Virus record (IMG/VR): IMGVR_UViG_3300023109_002746
Span: 1 to 52,443 of that record
Source: a virus
Taxonomy: Duplodnaviria > Caudoviricetes
Length of the DNA stretch: 52,443 nt
Reading direction: 5' to 3' (one strand)
Part shown: positions 25,212 to 35,495 of the stretch, one piece after another
Position numbering within the stretch: position 1 is the stretch's first letter
How the letters are laid out: each line of letters begins with the position of its first letter
Notes under the pieces: model-generated
Told to the model about the DNA's origin: nothing
Database searches by the model: none
What the model saw: the letters and a program-made list of their open reading frames with translations, nothing else
Position numbers and translations under genes: made by a program

Positions 25212-25859
25212 CTACTCCTTTGGTTCAGATGCTTTTCGGCGTCTCCTTTTGGGTTTCGGCTTTTCGGCCTCTTCCTCTTCTTGTAATTTAAGCTGTAAGG
25301 CTTCTGCCTTCAACCGTATGCGTCCTGTTACCTCGTCTCCATTCAACCAAATGTCTTTGTTATTAAACATCAGTTGAAGTTCTTCCTCGGTGAGAAATCC
25401 ATCGTAGAAATCTCGGAACATATTCTCGGACCATTCTGCTTCATATTTAAGCTGATCCATCATTTCACCACCCTTTCCAAATGTACCACCACTATAGTTA
25501 TGGAACATAAACATCGAGTGGTCAGATACTTCTACAAGGTCAGCTTGTAAAAATATAATCGTAGCTGCTGACATACACTGTCCTTCAACTGAGCATACGA
25601 TAGTAGCTGCTGTCTCTTGTAAAGCTCGAACGATTTGTAAAGTCGTTAATAGATTACCACCATTTGAATTAATGTGAATCTTAACAACATCGTTTTCGCT
25701 ACAATTACGAATGGTATCCAGCCAGTCGGTATAATCTTCAGGTGAACCTATCTCATAAAGATAGAATGAGTGCATCATTGAACCTGCTCGTGAATAGAAC
25801 GGAGGTCCTCCCCCTAGCACTTTACCTAAATCGATTTTTTGTTGATCGTTACTTCTCAT
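25212..25859 (-). CDS. ClpP-like serine protease
   Basis: IHINSNGG, GQCMSAATIIFL, FMFHNYSGG, DIWL. Confidence 0.8.
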   Translation of the reverse strand: MRSNDQQKIDLGKVLGGGPPFYSRAGSMMHSFYLYEIGSPEDYTDWLDTIRNCSENDVVKIHINSNGGNLLTTLQIVRALQETAATIVCSVEGQCMSAATIIFLQADLVEVSDHSMFMFHNYSGGTFGKGGEMMDQLKYEAEWSENMFRDFYDGFLTEEELQLMFNNKDIWLNGDEVTGRIRLKAEALQLKLQEEEEAEKPKPKRRRRKASEPKE

Positions 25860-25860
25860 G

Positions 25861-26940
25861 TTATACTGGTCTCCTAGACATCACAGTGGTTAAACCTTTT
25901 GTTTCTTGTAGGTATTTATCTTCTACACCAGCATGTTGATCGAGTATTTCCGGACCACCGAAGACATCAATTGCCCGTCCTTGTCGTACGTATAATCCAC
26001 TATCTGCTGTACTCCGTCCTTCGGAAGAGTTGTTACTACTTGCTTCCTCATTCCTTCCTGACTCTTTATCGGCATCGGCTCTTGGCTCTTCTGATACATC
26101 ATGTCCGTTGCCGGTGCTCCCGTCGCTGCTATTTCCGTCATCGATATCCATCCTCATTATTTGATCTTCGTTGACCAATGGGTTAATTTTAAGTCTATCT
26201 CTTTTGAATGCACCTGTCGATACAATCAAAAGCATGATAGCTAGTGGATCAAAAACTACAACTAGTAATATGATAATCCAACGTACTGCCACATCAAAAT
26301 AATCAGCTGCATTTTCTTTTCCATATACAAATTCAGCAATATATTTTAAAGGACCAATCTCAACCTCGAGCTCAAGCCTTTCTTGTTGTAGAGGCGCGAG
26401 TTCCGTTTGGAGTTCTTCAATGCGTATGTACGCAACATCGATGCTCTCGTTGAGGCCTTTCCTTTCTTCTGCTTGACCTTGACGAGTTGCAATCGAACCT
26501 GAAGGACCTCGAATTCTGTCGTATTCGATAAGTGTTTGAACTTGAGAATCCAGTTGCGAGAGTACCGTTTCTGAGTCTGTAATGATTGACTGCTGCCTTG
26601 CAATCTGTCTCTCCAAGTTTTGCATTTGTAATTCATTGTTGCCTCCAGCTTTCACAGACTGTTCGATGTGAGCTTTTGAAAGATAACCAAATATGCCCAT
26701 ACTAGTTATGAACATGAGTATTAATATTGCTGTGGTAAAGTATGCACGTGTAAGTACATTAATCCTTTCCCACTCATAGTGTAGCCAAGCTGCACTGACA
26801 AGTTTACCTATTTCAAGTACACCAGCCATAATCATTACTGATAAGGCGGCACCACTAAAAATAGTCATGATGCCGACGATACTAAACCAAGCAGCACATG
26901 CCGCTAAAAGAATTGCAGTAAATAAAGTTAGCCACTTCAT
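25861..26940 (-). CDS. multi-TM coiled-coil membrane protein
   Basis: three N-terminal TMs (LEIGKLV, ITSMGIFGYLSKAH), coiled coil, GPLKYIAE..VFDPLA TM. Confidence 0.8.
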   Translation of the reverse strand: MKWLTLFTAILLAACAAWFSIVGIMTIFSGAALSVMIMAGVLEIGKLVSAAWLHYEWERINVLTRAYFTTAILILMFITSMGIFGYLSKAHIEQSVKAGGNNELQMQNLERQIARQQSIITDSETVLSQLDSQVQTLIEYDRIRGPSGSIATRQGQAEERKGLNESIDVAYIRIEELQTELAPLQQERLELEVEIGPLKYIAEFVYGKENAADYFDVAVRWIIILLVVVFDPLAIMLLIVSTGAFKRDRLKINPLVNEDQIMRMDIDDGNSSDGSTGNGHDVSEEPRADADKESGRNEEASSNNSSEGRSTADSGLYVRQGRAIDVFGGPEILDQHAGVEDKYLQETKGLTTVMSRRPV

Positions 26941-26970
26941 TTTAAGTATCCTTTGTTTACCTCGCTATCT

Positions 26971-28170
26971 CTATTTAACATAGTTGAAAGCTTCCTTAAG
27001 AGCCTCGACCAACTCTTCCATCATACCATTGGTGTGAAGTGGTGTCGGTGTAATTCTAAGCCGCTCTGTACCCACAGCGACTGTTGGATAATTAATTGGT
27101 TGAATATAAATTCCATGTACATTTAGTAACCTATCTGATATTTCTTTACATCGCTTAGCATCCCCTACCATTATCGGTAATATGTGAGTGCAAGCGGATT
27201 CGTGTATATCGAGCCCTGCTTCCTTTATCATTGCTGTAAGTAATGCTGCTCGCTCTTGGTGTTTTTGTCTGAGTTCGTCGTGGCTACGAAGATATCGTAT
27301 TGACGCGATGTTTCCGGCACATACAACAGGTGACGTGCTTGTGGTGAAGATGAAGCCGGATGCGATTGATCGAATAGCATCAATAACAATACTATCACCA
27401 GCAATATAACCTCCGTGGCCACCAAACGCTTTTCCCAAGGTTCCATTAATAATATCTACCCTCTTTTCTCCTATCTTTTCGCAGTATCCTCCGCCAGTGT
27501 CTCCATAAAGTCCTACTGCATGAACCTCATCAATGTAAGTCATAGCGCCGTACTCGCCGGCAAGATCACATATTTCTTTTATGGGTGCTACATCACCATC
27601 CATACTGTAAACACTCTCAAACACAACACACGGAATCTTGCCTTCAGCTCGTGTTTTTTGTAAAGCTGATTTGAGCTCATCCATATTGTTATGTTCAAAT
27701 AATATTTTATCTGCGCCAGAGTGTTTAATGCCCATGATAATACTAGCATGATTCATTGTATCACTTACAAAGCAAATATTAGGAATGATTTTTGATAAAG
27801 CGATGAGAGCCCATTCGTTTGCAACATAGGCTGAGGTGAAAAGTAAAGCAGACTCGGTAGCATGCAATAGTGCTAATTCTTTTTCCAACGTTACATGATA
27901 ATGTGATGTTCCACCGATGTTACGAGTACCACCACTACCAGCGCCAGTTTTGTCAAGAGCTGTTTGCATGGCCGTGATTACATGGTGATTCTGTCCCATG
28001 CAAAGATAATCGTTCGAACACCAATTGACTATAGACCGTGGCGAGTATTTACCATACCACGTTGCTTTAGGAAAGCCACCTCGCTCTCTTACAATATCAT
28101 TGAAGACTCGATAATTGCCTTCAGCTTTGAGTTGATCTACTACGTCTTGAAATTTTTGTTTATTAATCAT
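26971..28170 (-). CDS. hemA: 5-aminolevulinate synthase (Shemin/C4 pathway, PLP-dependent)
   Basis: [79 protein letters not shown]. Confidence 0.92.
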   Translation of the reverse strand: MINKQKFQDVVDQLKAEGNYRVFNDIVRERGGFPKATWYGKYSPRSIVNWCSNDYLCMGQNHHVITAMQTALDKTGAGSGGTRNIGGTSHYHVTLEKELALLHATESALLFTSAYVANEWALIALSKIIPNICFVSDTMNHASIIMGIKHSGADKILFEHNNMDELKSALQKTRAEGKIPCVVFESVYSMDGDVAPIKEICDLAGEYGAMTYIDEVHAVGLYGDTGGGYCEKIGEKRVDIINGTLGKAFGGHGGYIAGDSIVIDAIRSIASGFIFTTSTSPVVCAGNIASIRYLRSHDELRQKHQERAALLTAMIKEAGLDIHESACTHILPIMVGDAKRCKEISDRLLNVHGIYIQPINYPTVAVGTERLRITPTPLHTNGMMEELVEALKEAFNYVK

Positions 28171-28528
28171 CAACTTGTTCCCAAATATTATCAGCGGTAA
28201 ACCGAAAAGTGCCGATACATTCAAATCGATTCCAATTATCAATTATGCTGAGCATGTGTTCATTATTATCTCTATACAAGTAATATATATGCCCAACACG
28301 AGGAACAAAATTATACTTAGCATTGTATACGAGTTGCGTTAACTCAGCCACCCTTTTCAGTTCTTCATATTCCCTATTGAGTTGTGCTAACCTTTCCTCG
28401 AAATATCGAGCTGCATTAGTCCCTCGTTCGGAGCGGAATAAGTCAGTGTCCGGCAGGGTGATAGCCGGCGCACTGACATTACTTCCATAGGATAATAGGC
28501 CTGGATTCTCAGGCAGCGTATGCGTCAT
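28163..28528 (-). CDS. DUF2452-like protein
   Basis: [35 protein letters not shown]. Confidence 0.7.
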   Translation of the reverse strand: MTHTLPENPGLLSYGSNVSAPAITLPDTDLFRSERGTNAARYFEERLAQLNREYEELKRVAELTQLVYNAKYNFVPRVGHIYYLYRDNNEHMLSIIDNWNRFECIGTFRFTADNIWEQVDD

Positions 28529-29717
28529 CCCAGTTACCTGACAGACCTGCTACTTCATATTCTGTCACACGATTCTCAAAGAAGTTAGTGTGATCAGCTC
28601 CATTCAAAACCCACTCAAGCCAAGGTAGAGGATTCTCTTTGACTTTAAAGTTTGGTTTCATTCCAAGTTGTAGCAATCTCCTATCGGTAATATAGCGAAT
28701 GTATTCTTTTACTTCTGAAACTTCAAGCCCTTCGATTGTACCGAGCTCATAAGCCAAATCAATAAACTTATCTTCGAGATCAACGATGTCACTAGACATC
28801 TCATAGATTTCTTTCTTAAAATCGTTATCAACAACTCGAGCATGCTCCTTACAAAAAGCTTTGAAGAGTTTTGAGTTACCTTCGACATGCATACTTTCAT
28901 CTCGTATAGACCACTCAACAACCTTGCCCATACCCTTCATCTTACCAAAACGCTGGAAGTTCAGAAGCATTACGAACGAAGCAAATAGTGCTACGCCCTC
29001 GTTGAACACTGATTTAGCTAGGGACAATCCAAGCCCTCTGAGAGTGTTTGTATCTGCTTTACGCATGTACTCAATTTTGTCAGCCATTTCTGAATACTCG
29101 AGGAATGCATGATACTCGCTATCTGGAAGACCGAGTGTTTCATTGAGTAGAGCATAGGCTCGTTGATGGATGCCTTCCCTTGCAGCAAAAGATCCTAGCA
29201 TGTTACGTATTTCGTTATTCTTAAACTTAGGAATAAACTGATCATAATAGTTTTGGCCAACAGCAACATCACTCTGAGTAAACAATCTCAATATGTTGAT
29301 AATGTATTCTTTTTCAGTGGCAGTAATCTTACCACCTTTCCAATCAGCTACATCTTCTGACAGGTCAAGTTCGTCTTCGATCCAATGAGCTTTTTCATGT
29401 CGAGTAGTAATCTCAACAGCCCAAGGATAATGAAACGGCTTATAGGTTTCTGAGAACTCTAATAATCCACCTTGCTTCTTAACAAGTTTATCTGAAATTG
29501 CCATAAGATCATTATAAGTTCCGATATGCTTATCATCAATAAAGATCTGAGGTACTGACCTGACTGCTTTACCGTTTGACATCTTTTGATAAAATGCAAG
29601 TCGTTGCTCCTCATTATCAAGGAGAACTTGAGTAAAACCGAAACCATGTTGTGTAAACCAAGCTTTGGCTTTTTCGCAAAATGGGCAATTGCTCTTAGTG
29701 TAAATTAATACTTCCAT
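28509..29717 (-). CDS. nrdB: ribonucleotide reductase class I beta subunit with N-terminal glutaredoxin
   Basis: CPFC..SVPQIF Grx domain; FTQSD, EGIHQRAY, EGVALF, RDESMH, NFFENRVTEY. Confidence 0.95.
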   Translation of the reverse strand: MEVLIYTKSNCPFCEKAKAWFTQHGFGFTQVLLDNEEQRLAFYQKMSNGKAVRSVPQIFIDDKHIGTYNDLMAISDKLVKKQGGLLEFSETYKPFHYPWAVEITTRHEKAHWIEDELDLSEDVADWKGGKITATEKEYIINILRLFTQSDVAVGQNYYDQFIPKFKNNEIRNMLGSFAAREGIHQRAYALLNETLGLPDSEYHAFLEYSEMADKIEYMRKADTNTLRGLGLSLAKSVFNEGVALFASFVMLLNFQRFGKMKGMGKVVEWSIRDESMHVEGNSKLFKAFCKEHARVVDNDFKKEIYEMSSDIVDLEDKFIDLAYELGTIEGLEVSEVKEYIRYITDRRLLQLGMKPNFKVKENPLPWLEWVLNGADHTNFFENRVTEYEVAGLSGNWDDAYAA

Positions 29718-29732
29718 CTTTTGTTTTATCCT

Positions 29733-31523
29733 TTAACCTTGGCAGGCCACACATTCGTCTTGTTGTGGCTCGCTACCGTTACTGAAATTTATTGTGTTTG
29801 GGTTAATAATGTCGTCTAGTTTTTCACGCTCAACTTTTAGTGACACATTTTCAGCCTTATTAGACGTTTCTGTGCGTAAATAATATAGTCCCTTACAACC
29901 TTGTTTCCATGCCTGATAATGAACCTGGTGTAGATCTTTCTTAGTCGCACCGGCCGGGAAGAACACATTAAGTGACTGCCCTTGGCATAGATATTTTTGA
30001 CGATCAGCTGCTAGACGAATAAGTGATAACTGATCAAGTTCAATAGCAGTTTTAAACACTGCTTTGGTGTGATCGTCAAGGAAGTCGAGATGCTGAACAG
30101 ATCCACCATTTGTAATGATCATGCTCCAGACCTCTTCTGTATTTTTACCAATCTTCTCGAGCTCTTCTTCGAGATAGGAATTTTTATTTAGGTGAGAACC
30201 CACTCGTGTACGAGAAGTAAATGCATTTGCTTTCCAAGGTTCAATACTTGGAGATGTGTTTACAATCATAGATGAGTTAGCGTTAGGTGCAATAGCAAGC
30301 ATGTGAGCATTACGACGACCAGTTCCTTCCATATCAGGAGCTTCACCGCGGCGCTTACCCATTTCAAGAGTAGCTTCAACAGCCTTTGCTTTAATGTAAG
30401 AGAAGATTGCGTTATTATGTGCAACAGCTTGTGGGCTATCAAAAGGAATACGATTCTTTTGGAAATAAGAATGCATGCCCATAGCGCCAAGACCTAATGA
30501 ACGTTCTTGTTGAGCTGAGTATCGAGCTCGAGCAATCTCATCACCTGCATTATCAATAAAGAATTGAAGTACGTTATCAAGGAATACTATTAAGTCTTTA
30601 ACCATAGGAGTATCTTTCCACTCGTCATAAGCTTCAAGATTTACTGATGATAAACAACAAACCGCAGTACGATCCTCGCTGGTCACAAGGTGAATTTCAT
30701 TACATAGATTCGATCCCCGAATCTTCATACCTTTTTGCTTTTGAGCGTCAGGCAAAGCAGCATTAGCTGTATCGATAAAGTTGAGGTAAGGCTCACCAGT
30801 ACGATAACGAGTCTCGAGAATATGTTCCCATAGCCGACGAGCCTGAACAGTTTCACGTACATCGTTACCAGCAGGATCACGTAATTCCCAATCAGCATTC
30901 TGCTCAACTGCACGCATGAAGTTATCTGTAATGTTAACAGCATGGTGGAGGTTCAGATTCTTACGATTCACGTCACCAGTAGGAATACGCATGTTAACAA
31001 ACTCAGTAATATCTGGATGATCAACATCCATATATGCCGCGTACGAACCCTTCCGCGTACGTCCTTGTCGATAAGCAACCATGTCAGCATCGACAGTATG
31101 TAGGAATGGCATAGGGCCTGGTGCTTTGTTTGATACAGCACGAATGTCTGACCAATGACCACCGACACCACCACCTTTTACAGACAACCAACGCAATTCT
31201 GCTGAGTGGTCGATTAGGCCATCCAATGTATCTGGAACGTAAGTAAGAAAGCAGCTAATGGGTAACGCCTTTACTTGTTCTCCTTTAATAGGAGCATTCG
31301 AGAGAACAGGAGAAGCATACATAAACCAACCTTTAGATACGTAATCGTAGATCCGCTGTGCAAGTCCTTTATTACCACTACAATAAGCAACTGCTGCTCT
31401 AGCAAATGCATGTTGAGGAGACTTTTCATCATCCCGACAATAATAGTCTTTCAATAATTTAAATGATTGTTCTGATAACAGCTTATCTCTTTTAGTTTCG
31501 ATTTCGATACCTAAGTGCTGCAT
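29733..31523 (-). CDS. nrdA: ribonucleotide reductase class I alpha subunit (no ATP cone)
   Basis: PISCF, GGGVG, SNLCNEI, VCCLSS, AIAPNANSS, QGQSLN, LYYLR, C-terminal CVACQG. Confidence 0.95.
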   Translation of the reverse strand: MQHLGIEIETKRDKLLSEQSFKLLKDYYCRDDEKSPQHAFARAAVAYCSGNKGLAQRIYDYVSKGWFMYASPVLSNAPIKGEQVKALPISCFLTYVPDTLDGLIDHSAELRWLSVKGGGVGGHWSDIRAVSNKAPGPMPFLHTVDADMVAYRQGRTRKGSYAAYMDVDHPDITEFVNMRIPTGDVNRKNLNLHHAVNITDNFMRAVEQNADWELRDPAGNDVRETVQARRLWEHILETRYRTGEPYLNFIDTANAALPDAQKQKGMKIRGSNLCNEIHLVTSEDRTAVCCLSSVNLEAYDEWKDTPMVKDLIVFLDNVLQFFIDNAGDEIARARYSAQQERSLGLGAMGMHSYFQKNRIPFDSPQAVAHNNAIFSYIKAKAVEATLEMGKRRGEAPDMEGTGRRNAHMLAIAPNANSSMIVNTSPSIEPWKANAFTSRTRVGSHLNKNSYLEEELEKIGKNTEEVWSMIITNGGSVQHLDFLDDHTKAVFKTAIELDQLSLIRLAADRQKYLCQGQSLNVFFPAGATKKDLHQVHYQAWKQGCKGLYYLRTETSNKAENVSLKVEREKLDDIINPNTINFSNGSEPQQDECVACQG

Positions 31524-31542
31524 TTTACTATTCTCCTTAAAA

Positions 31543-32214
31543 TTAATTTTTGCTCACATAAGATTCCGCCAACGGGAATACTTCTGCAATAACCTTTGCA
31601 ACCTCTCTTGCGAGCTCCATATGTTCTTTCTGCGTACCATGTCCACTTCGTAATTGAATGAAGTGTATCCAAGAACGTATTGTTCCATTGGCATATAACC
31701 GCGAAACTGTGTTACCTTCAGGTAGGACCGCTCGAGCCTGTTCTTTTGCAATACCATTTTCGATAGCCCAACGGTAAGCTTTCTTTACCTGCATGATAAC
31801 TTTCAGTTGTTCTTCTTCCCACCTTTCATGTAGATAATCACTGTCAGTTTCTACTGAGTTCTGTCTATTCTTAAGATCTTGCAGACGAGCTTCTCTTATA
31901 ACAAAGTCCAAATCTTCTGTTGGATCTGCATATCGTTGACTGAACTCTTGAAAACTAAAACTACGATGTCTTAAGAACTGTCTTGCTATATCTCTTGTTG
32001 TTTCAACTTCTAAACATGCACTTACCATTTCAAACGGTGACCAATGAGCATGCTTTGCTAAGTAACGCAACAGCTTCTCGCTCGTCTCTGAGTTAAATTG
32101 GTTTGTGGGATTACTTACTCGTGCACAGAATGCTATTAGGTCTTCCGCATCGGTAAGACCTTCATCTAATATCTCTTCTGCTGGTTGTGAGTAACTTACT
32201 AAACGCACTTTCAT
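31543..32214 (-). CDS. thyX: flavin-dependent thymidylate synthase
   Basis: ARVSNP, HWSPFE, RHRSFSFQEFSQRY, AKEQARAVLP. Confidence 0.97.
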   Translation of the reverse strand: MKVRLVSYSQPAEEILDEGLTDAEDLIAFCARVSNPTNQFNSETSEKLLRYLAKHAHWSPFEMVSACLEVETTRDIARQFLRHRSFSFQEFSQRYADPTEDLDFVIREARLQDLKNRQNSVETDSDYLHERWEEEQLKVIMQVKKAYRWAIENGIAKEQARAVLPEGNTVSRLYANGTIRSWIHFIQLRSGHGTQKEHMELAREVAKVIAEVFPLAESYVSKN

Positions 32215-33224
32215 TATGTTTTTCTCCATTCCATAAATTTCAATTTTGCTTCCAGTCCTTTGTAAACATTATCTCGTATAACACCCTGAACATCTGTTAA
32301 ACCATTCAGGTACATCTCGTTGATATCTTTACCGGGCACATTAGAGGGCCATATAACGATCTTATAGCCTTGATCAATTACCTTCGCCATCCTTTTATGT
32401 ATTTCCAGATTACGCGGCTCAGCGTCGAATACAAAGACTGCATTGTCGGCTGCACGCCTCAGTGCTTTGGTACTACCTTCCGCACCGTTCATGGCCACTG
32501 AGTTTTTCACGAAGAAACTATCAATGGCACCTTCTACTACGTAATATTGACGATTGAAATCAACAGTATCCAATCCGAAGATCTTGGGGCGATCATCGAA
32601 CATGATAGTGATGTATCGTATACCCTTAGGATCAAACCCACGAGCTGATACACCAAAAACCTTCTTGTGTTCGTCTAAGAAGGGAATTACTAATCGAGGT
32701 TCGTCTTTATCTACCTTTTCGAATTTATTTGGGACGATACTGTTGATCCATCCTTTGAACTTTGGCGTGTAGTAAAGACGATAGTGGTGATTCGCTGGAA
32801 TCTTCCTCTTTTCTATATAGGCTTTTACGGGATGATTCCATGCCAATTGTGAAGCTTTTTTGATACTTTTTAAAGGATTTTTTTCGAACCTCGGAGCTTC
32901 AAACTTAGTTGTCTCGAGGATAGGTTTCGTATTAGCATCTGGCTTTTTAAGAAACTTATCAGCAACCCAGTCATTGTACATCATAGGATCTTGGCTCTTA
33001 AGGAAGTAAGAGAAAGACATAGATGCACCACAGTTATGACAGTAGTATTGGAACTGACTGTCACGTTCAAGTAACCAACCACGAGCTTTAGAGCGAGACT
33101 TTTTACTGTCACCACAGATAGGGCAACGGAAGTTAATCTTATATGGATTGGTGTTACGTATCTTAAAGTTATCTAGCCGGCCGGCCAGTTGCTGAGCATA
33201 TTGCAGGTCTACAAATTCTAACAT
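32214..33224 (-). CDS. T4-like DNA primase (gp61)
   Basis: RCPICGDS..CHNCG zinc finger; RLVIPF; VVEGAIDS; DAEPRN; KDINEM. Confidence 0.93.
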   Translation of the reverse strand: MLEFVDLQYAQQLAGRLDNFKIRNTNPYKINFRCPICGDSKKSRSKARGWLLERDSQFQYYCHNCGASMSFSYFLKSQDPMMYNDWVADKFLKKPDANTKPILETTKFEAPRFEKNPLKSIKKASQLAWNHPVKAYIEKRKIPANHHYRLYYTPKFKGWINSIVPNKFEKVDKDEPRLVIPFLDEHKKVFGVSARGFDPKGIRYITIMFDDRPKIFGLDTVDFNRQYYVVEGAIDSFFVKNSVAMNGAEGSTKALRRAADNAVFVFDAEPRNLEIHKRMAKVIDQGYKIVIWPSNVPGKDINEMYLNGLTDVQGVIRDNVYKGLEAKLKFMEWRKT

Positions 33225-33260
33225 AATATAAAGAACACTATTGTTTAAGTTGGTAAGAGG

Positions 33261-33289
33261 ATTATAACAGGTCTAGGTGCAAATGTCAA
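33261..33289 (-). promoter_or_regulatory. class B sigma70 promoter (primase-thyX-nrd operon)
   Basis: TTGACA-N17-TATAAT. Confidence 0.9.
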
Positions 33290-33807
33290 CCAATAAATGA
33301 CATTAAATCAAATTCAGAAGCCATAGTGAGCACGAAAGCAACCGTAGCAGCCATACCTAGTATCCACCACTTCCCATTTTCAATCCCCCTCAAGCGGCTC
33401 TCCTGATCTTCAGTGGCAGCCTTGAGTTCATTCATACGTAGGTCGAGATTACCGTTGAGCTTACTCAGAGCATCCATAATTTCTTTATTACGTTCGGATC
33501 GATTCAGAGCGTTTTGATCGGATAATCTCTTATGATCATCTTTGGAAGCAGCGCGGTATTCTTCGAGACGTTTGTGAAGTACTTTGGTACGAGCAATGTC
33601 TTCTTGCTTATGCTCTTCGACATTTTTTTTAATGTCTGATAGTTGATTGTCAAAGTGTTCGATGATTTGTTGCTGAACAGCGACGCCCTTGGCCATATCT
33701 GACATTTCTGACATAACCGTGTCGACTTTGTCGAAAAAACGTTCGATTGTTTTGATGTCTTTCTTTATAAGAGCGACATCTGTTTTTAGATGATCTTGAT
33801 CTGACAT
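33286..33807 (-). CDS. coiled-coil protein with C-terminal TM
   Basis: heptad repeats, RLRGIENGKWWILGMAATVAFVL. Confidence 0.7.
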   Translation of the reverse strand: MSDQDHLKTDVALIKKDIKTIERFFDKVDTVMSEMSDMAKGVAVQQQIIEHFDNQLSDIKKNVEEHKQEDIARTKVLHKRLEEYRAASKDDHKRLSDQNALNRSERNKEIMDALSKLNGNLDLRMNELKAATEDQESRLRGIENGKWWILGMAATVAFVLTMASEFDLMSFIG

Positions 33808-33834
33808 CTATCAAATTCTCCAGTGAACTTGGTT

Positions 33835-33863
33835 ATTATATCACCGAATCATTATATTGTCAA
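33835..33863 (-). promoter_or_regulatory. class B sigma70 promoter
   Basis: TTGACA-N17-TATAAT. Confidence 0.8.
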
Positions 33864-33880
33864 CTATTTATTTGAAAGGG

Positions 33881-34441
33881 CTACTTTGATTCGGCCTGTT
33901 CTTCTATTTCTTCTGGCTTTTTCTTAGTAGTAACTTCGCGGTAGTATACGATCACCTCTCCGAGTTCACGTATGTACCTACGAAGCTCTTGAACATTACC
34001 AGACATAAGTTCATAATCTTTAATTGTAGATGCAATGAAGAGGACATCTCCACCTGTTGCAATCTTAATATCATCGATAAACTTATCTAAGTAAGTGTAG
34101 TCTTCAGGCTGGTTGGGATTTTCTTTCTCTTCTTGAGAACAAATCTTAGGCCGGCTGGTTTTAGGAGTACCGTCTTCTTTGAGTTCAGGCTCACCTGCCT
34201 CATTGAGTATTGGTACTTTTTTACAAAGGTTTGCCACTCGTGCTTCTGACACGACATACCATTGTGGGGAGTCTAGCTTTAAAGGAGATGGCATTGTAGG
34301 TTGAATGATTTCAATCTCTACTGGTTTAGCAATAATCTCAATAGTCTTTTCAGGCTGGGCACCTACACCCCATCGACCTAGTACTGAACAACCACTAATT
34401 AGGCTGATCGTCACCAAGAGCAGCAATGTTCTTGCTATCAT
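33881..34441 (-). CDS. o-spanin-like lipoprotein
   Basis: lipobox LISGC, Pro-rich linker, DYELMS.N.QELRRYI..YY; overlaps the upstream gene by 47 nt. Confidence 0.75.
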   Translation of the reverse strand: MIARTLLLLVTISLISGCSVLGRWGVGAQPEKTIEIIAKPVEIEIIQPTMPSPLKLDSPQWYVVSEARVANLCKKVPILNEAGEPELKEDGTPKTSRPKICSQEEKENPNQPEDYTYLDKFIDDIKIATGGDVLFIASTIKDYELMSGNVQELRRYIRELGEVIVYYREVTTKKKPEEIEEQAESK

Positions 34442-34796
34442 TCTCTATCTCCTCAAAAATCTTTTTAGTTGCGCTGTTAGTGCGATTCGTAATCAACCCA
34501 GGCTTAGCTAACGCAAGCTTGTCAAGATTATGACGGGCAAAGATCGACATATAACGATCTTTCTCAGCATTAATCTCTCGGTTTTTAGACTGGAGGTTGG
34601 TTAGCGCTTTTGCCTGTTTCTCAAAGGATTCTCTAACAGCAGCCATTGCAGCTTTTTGTTCTTCAACCGCTCCTTCAAGTTGTACCACATTTCCTTTCAA
34701 TACAGCGTTATTAGCTTCGAGTATTTGATTTTGTTGATAGAACCAACCTGCAGCTCCACCTAGCGCTAGTATAATTACAAAAAAGATCTGGTACAT
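34395..34796 (-). CDS. i-spanin-like protein
   Basis: N-terminal TM, coiled coil, LALAKPGLI..R.N motif. Confidence 0.75.
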   Translation of the reverse strand: MYQIFFVIILALGGAAGWFYQQNQILEANNAVLKGNVVQLEGAVEEQKAAMAAVRESFEKQAKALTNLQSKNREINAEKDRYMSIFARHNLDKLALAKPGLITNRTNSATKKIFEEIENDSKNIAALGDDQPN

Positions 34797-35098
34797 TATT
34801 CTTCCTCAACGCGATAATTTAAGCCGGCATTAGCTCTTACATTAACACTCTTTTTGTCGGCTGTTATAAAATTAAGCTCTTTCCAAGTTTTCTTCAGAAT
34901 CTTAGGTACACCTTCGTATACTATATCATCTGAATTACCAAACTTAGAATCATAAGACACAGTAATCTTAAACGTAGGCTTAGTGGTCCACCACTTCCAT
35001 AACCAATGTAAACCTTTAAACGGGGATGCAAGTACTAATACAAGCCCCGTCCAAAGTTTACTACCGAATGATTTCACCCACGAGTACAGCGGTTTCAT
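34796..35098 (-). CDS. hypothetical membrane-associated protein
   Basis: Trp-rich hydrophobic N-terminus; lies in the lysis region. Confidence 0.6.
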   Translation of the reverse strand: MKPLYSWVKSFGSKLWTGLVLVLASPFKGLHWLWKWWTTKPTFKITVSYDSKFGNSDDIVYEGVPKILKKTWKELNFITADKKSVNVRANAGLNYRVEEE

Positions 35099-35106
35099 TG
35101 TGAATA

Positions 35107-35451
35107 TTAACCGCCACAGTTAGATGCGTATAGACCTTCTGCCTTAGCGCCAGTACAACCGTACTTCTCTTTAACTGCTTTCAGTACTTTAGCTTTAGAA
35201 GCACCTTTACCGTGCATAGCTTTCATTTCTTTAGCAACTTCTTCGTCGTCATCGCTATCATCAGAATCGTCGTCTTCAGACTCGTCTTCGTCATCTTCGT
35301 CTTCGTCATCTTCTTCTTTAGCTTCCATCATATCACGATACTTCTCTTCAAGAGCGGTACGGATACGTGCACTCATCTCCTCGTCAAAAGCTTCCTTGAG
35401 CTTCAGAGGATTGTTGTCGATCGCCGTAGCGATGATTTTTTCAATAGACAT
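35107..35451 (-). CDS. prohead core protein gp67-like
   Basis: IIATAIDNNPLKLKEAFDEEMSARIRTALEEK plus long Asp/Glu tract, as in T4 gp67; follows a late promoter. Confidence 0.5.
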   Translation of the reverse strand: MSIEKIIATAIDNNPLKLKEAFDEEMSARIRTALEEKYRDMMEAKEEDDEDEDDEDESEDDDSDDSDDDEEVAKEMKAMHGKGASKAKVLKAVKEKYGCTGAKAEGLYASNCGG

Positions 35452-35487
35452 TTCTATTCTCCTTAGTGGAATTTATAACTAGTTTGT

Positions 35488-35495
35488 TATTTATA
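35488..35495 (-). promoter_or_regulatory. T4-type late promoter TATAAATA
   Basis: exact consensus overlapping the lysozyme stop. Confidence 0.7.

Noticed and set aside
35238-35320. (TCG/TCA/TCT)-rich low-complexity tract as a tandem repeat element
   Set aside because: It simply encodes the Asp/Glu tract of the gp67-like protein
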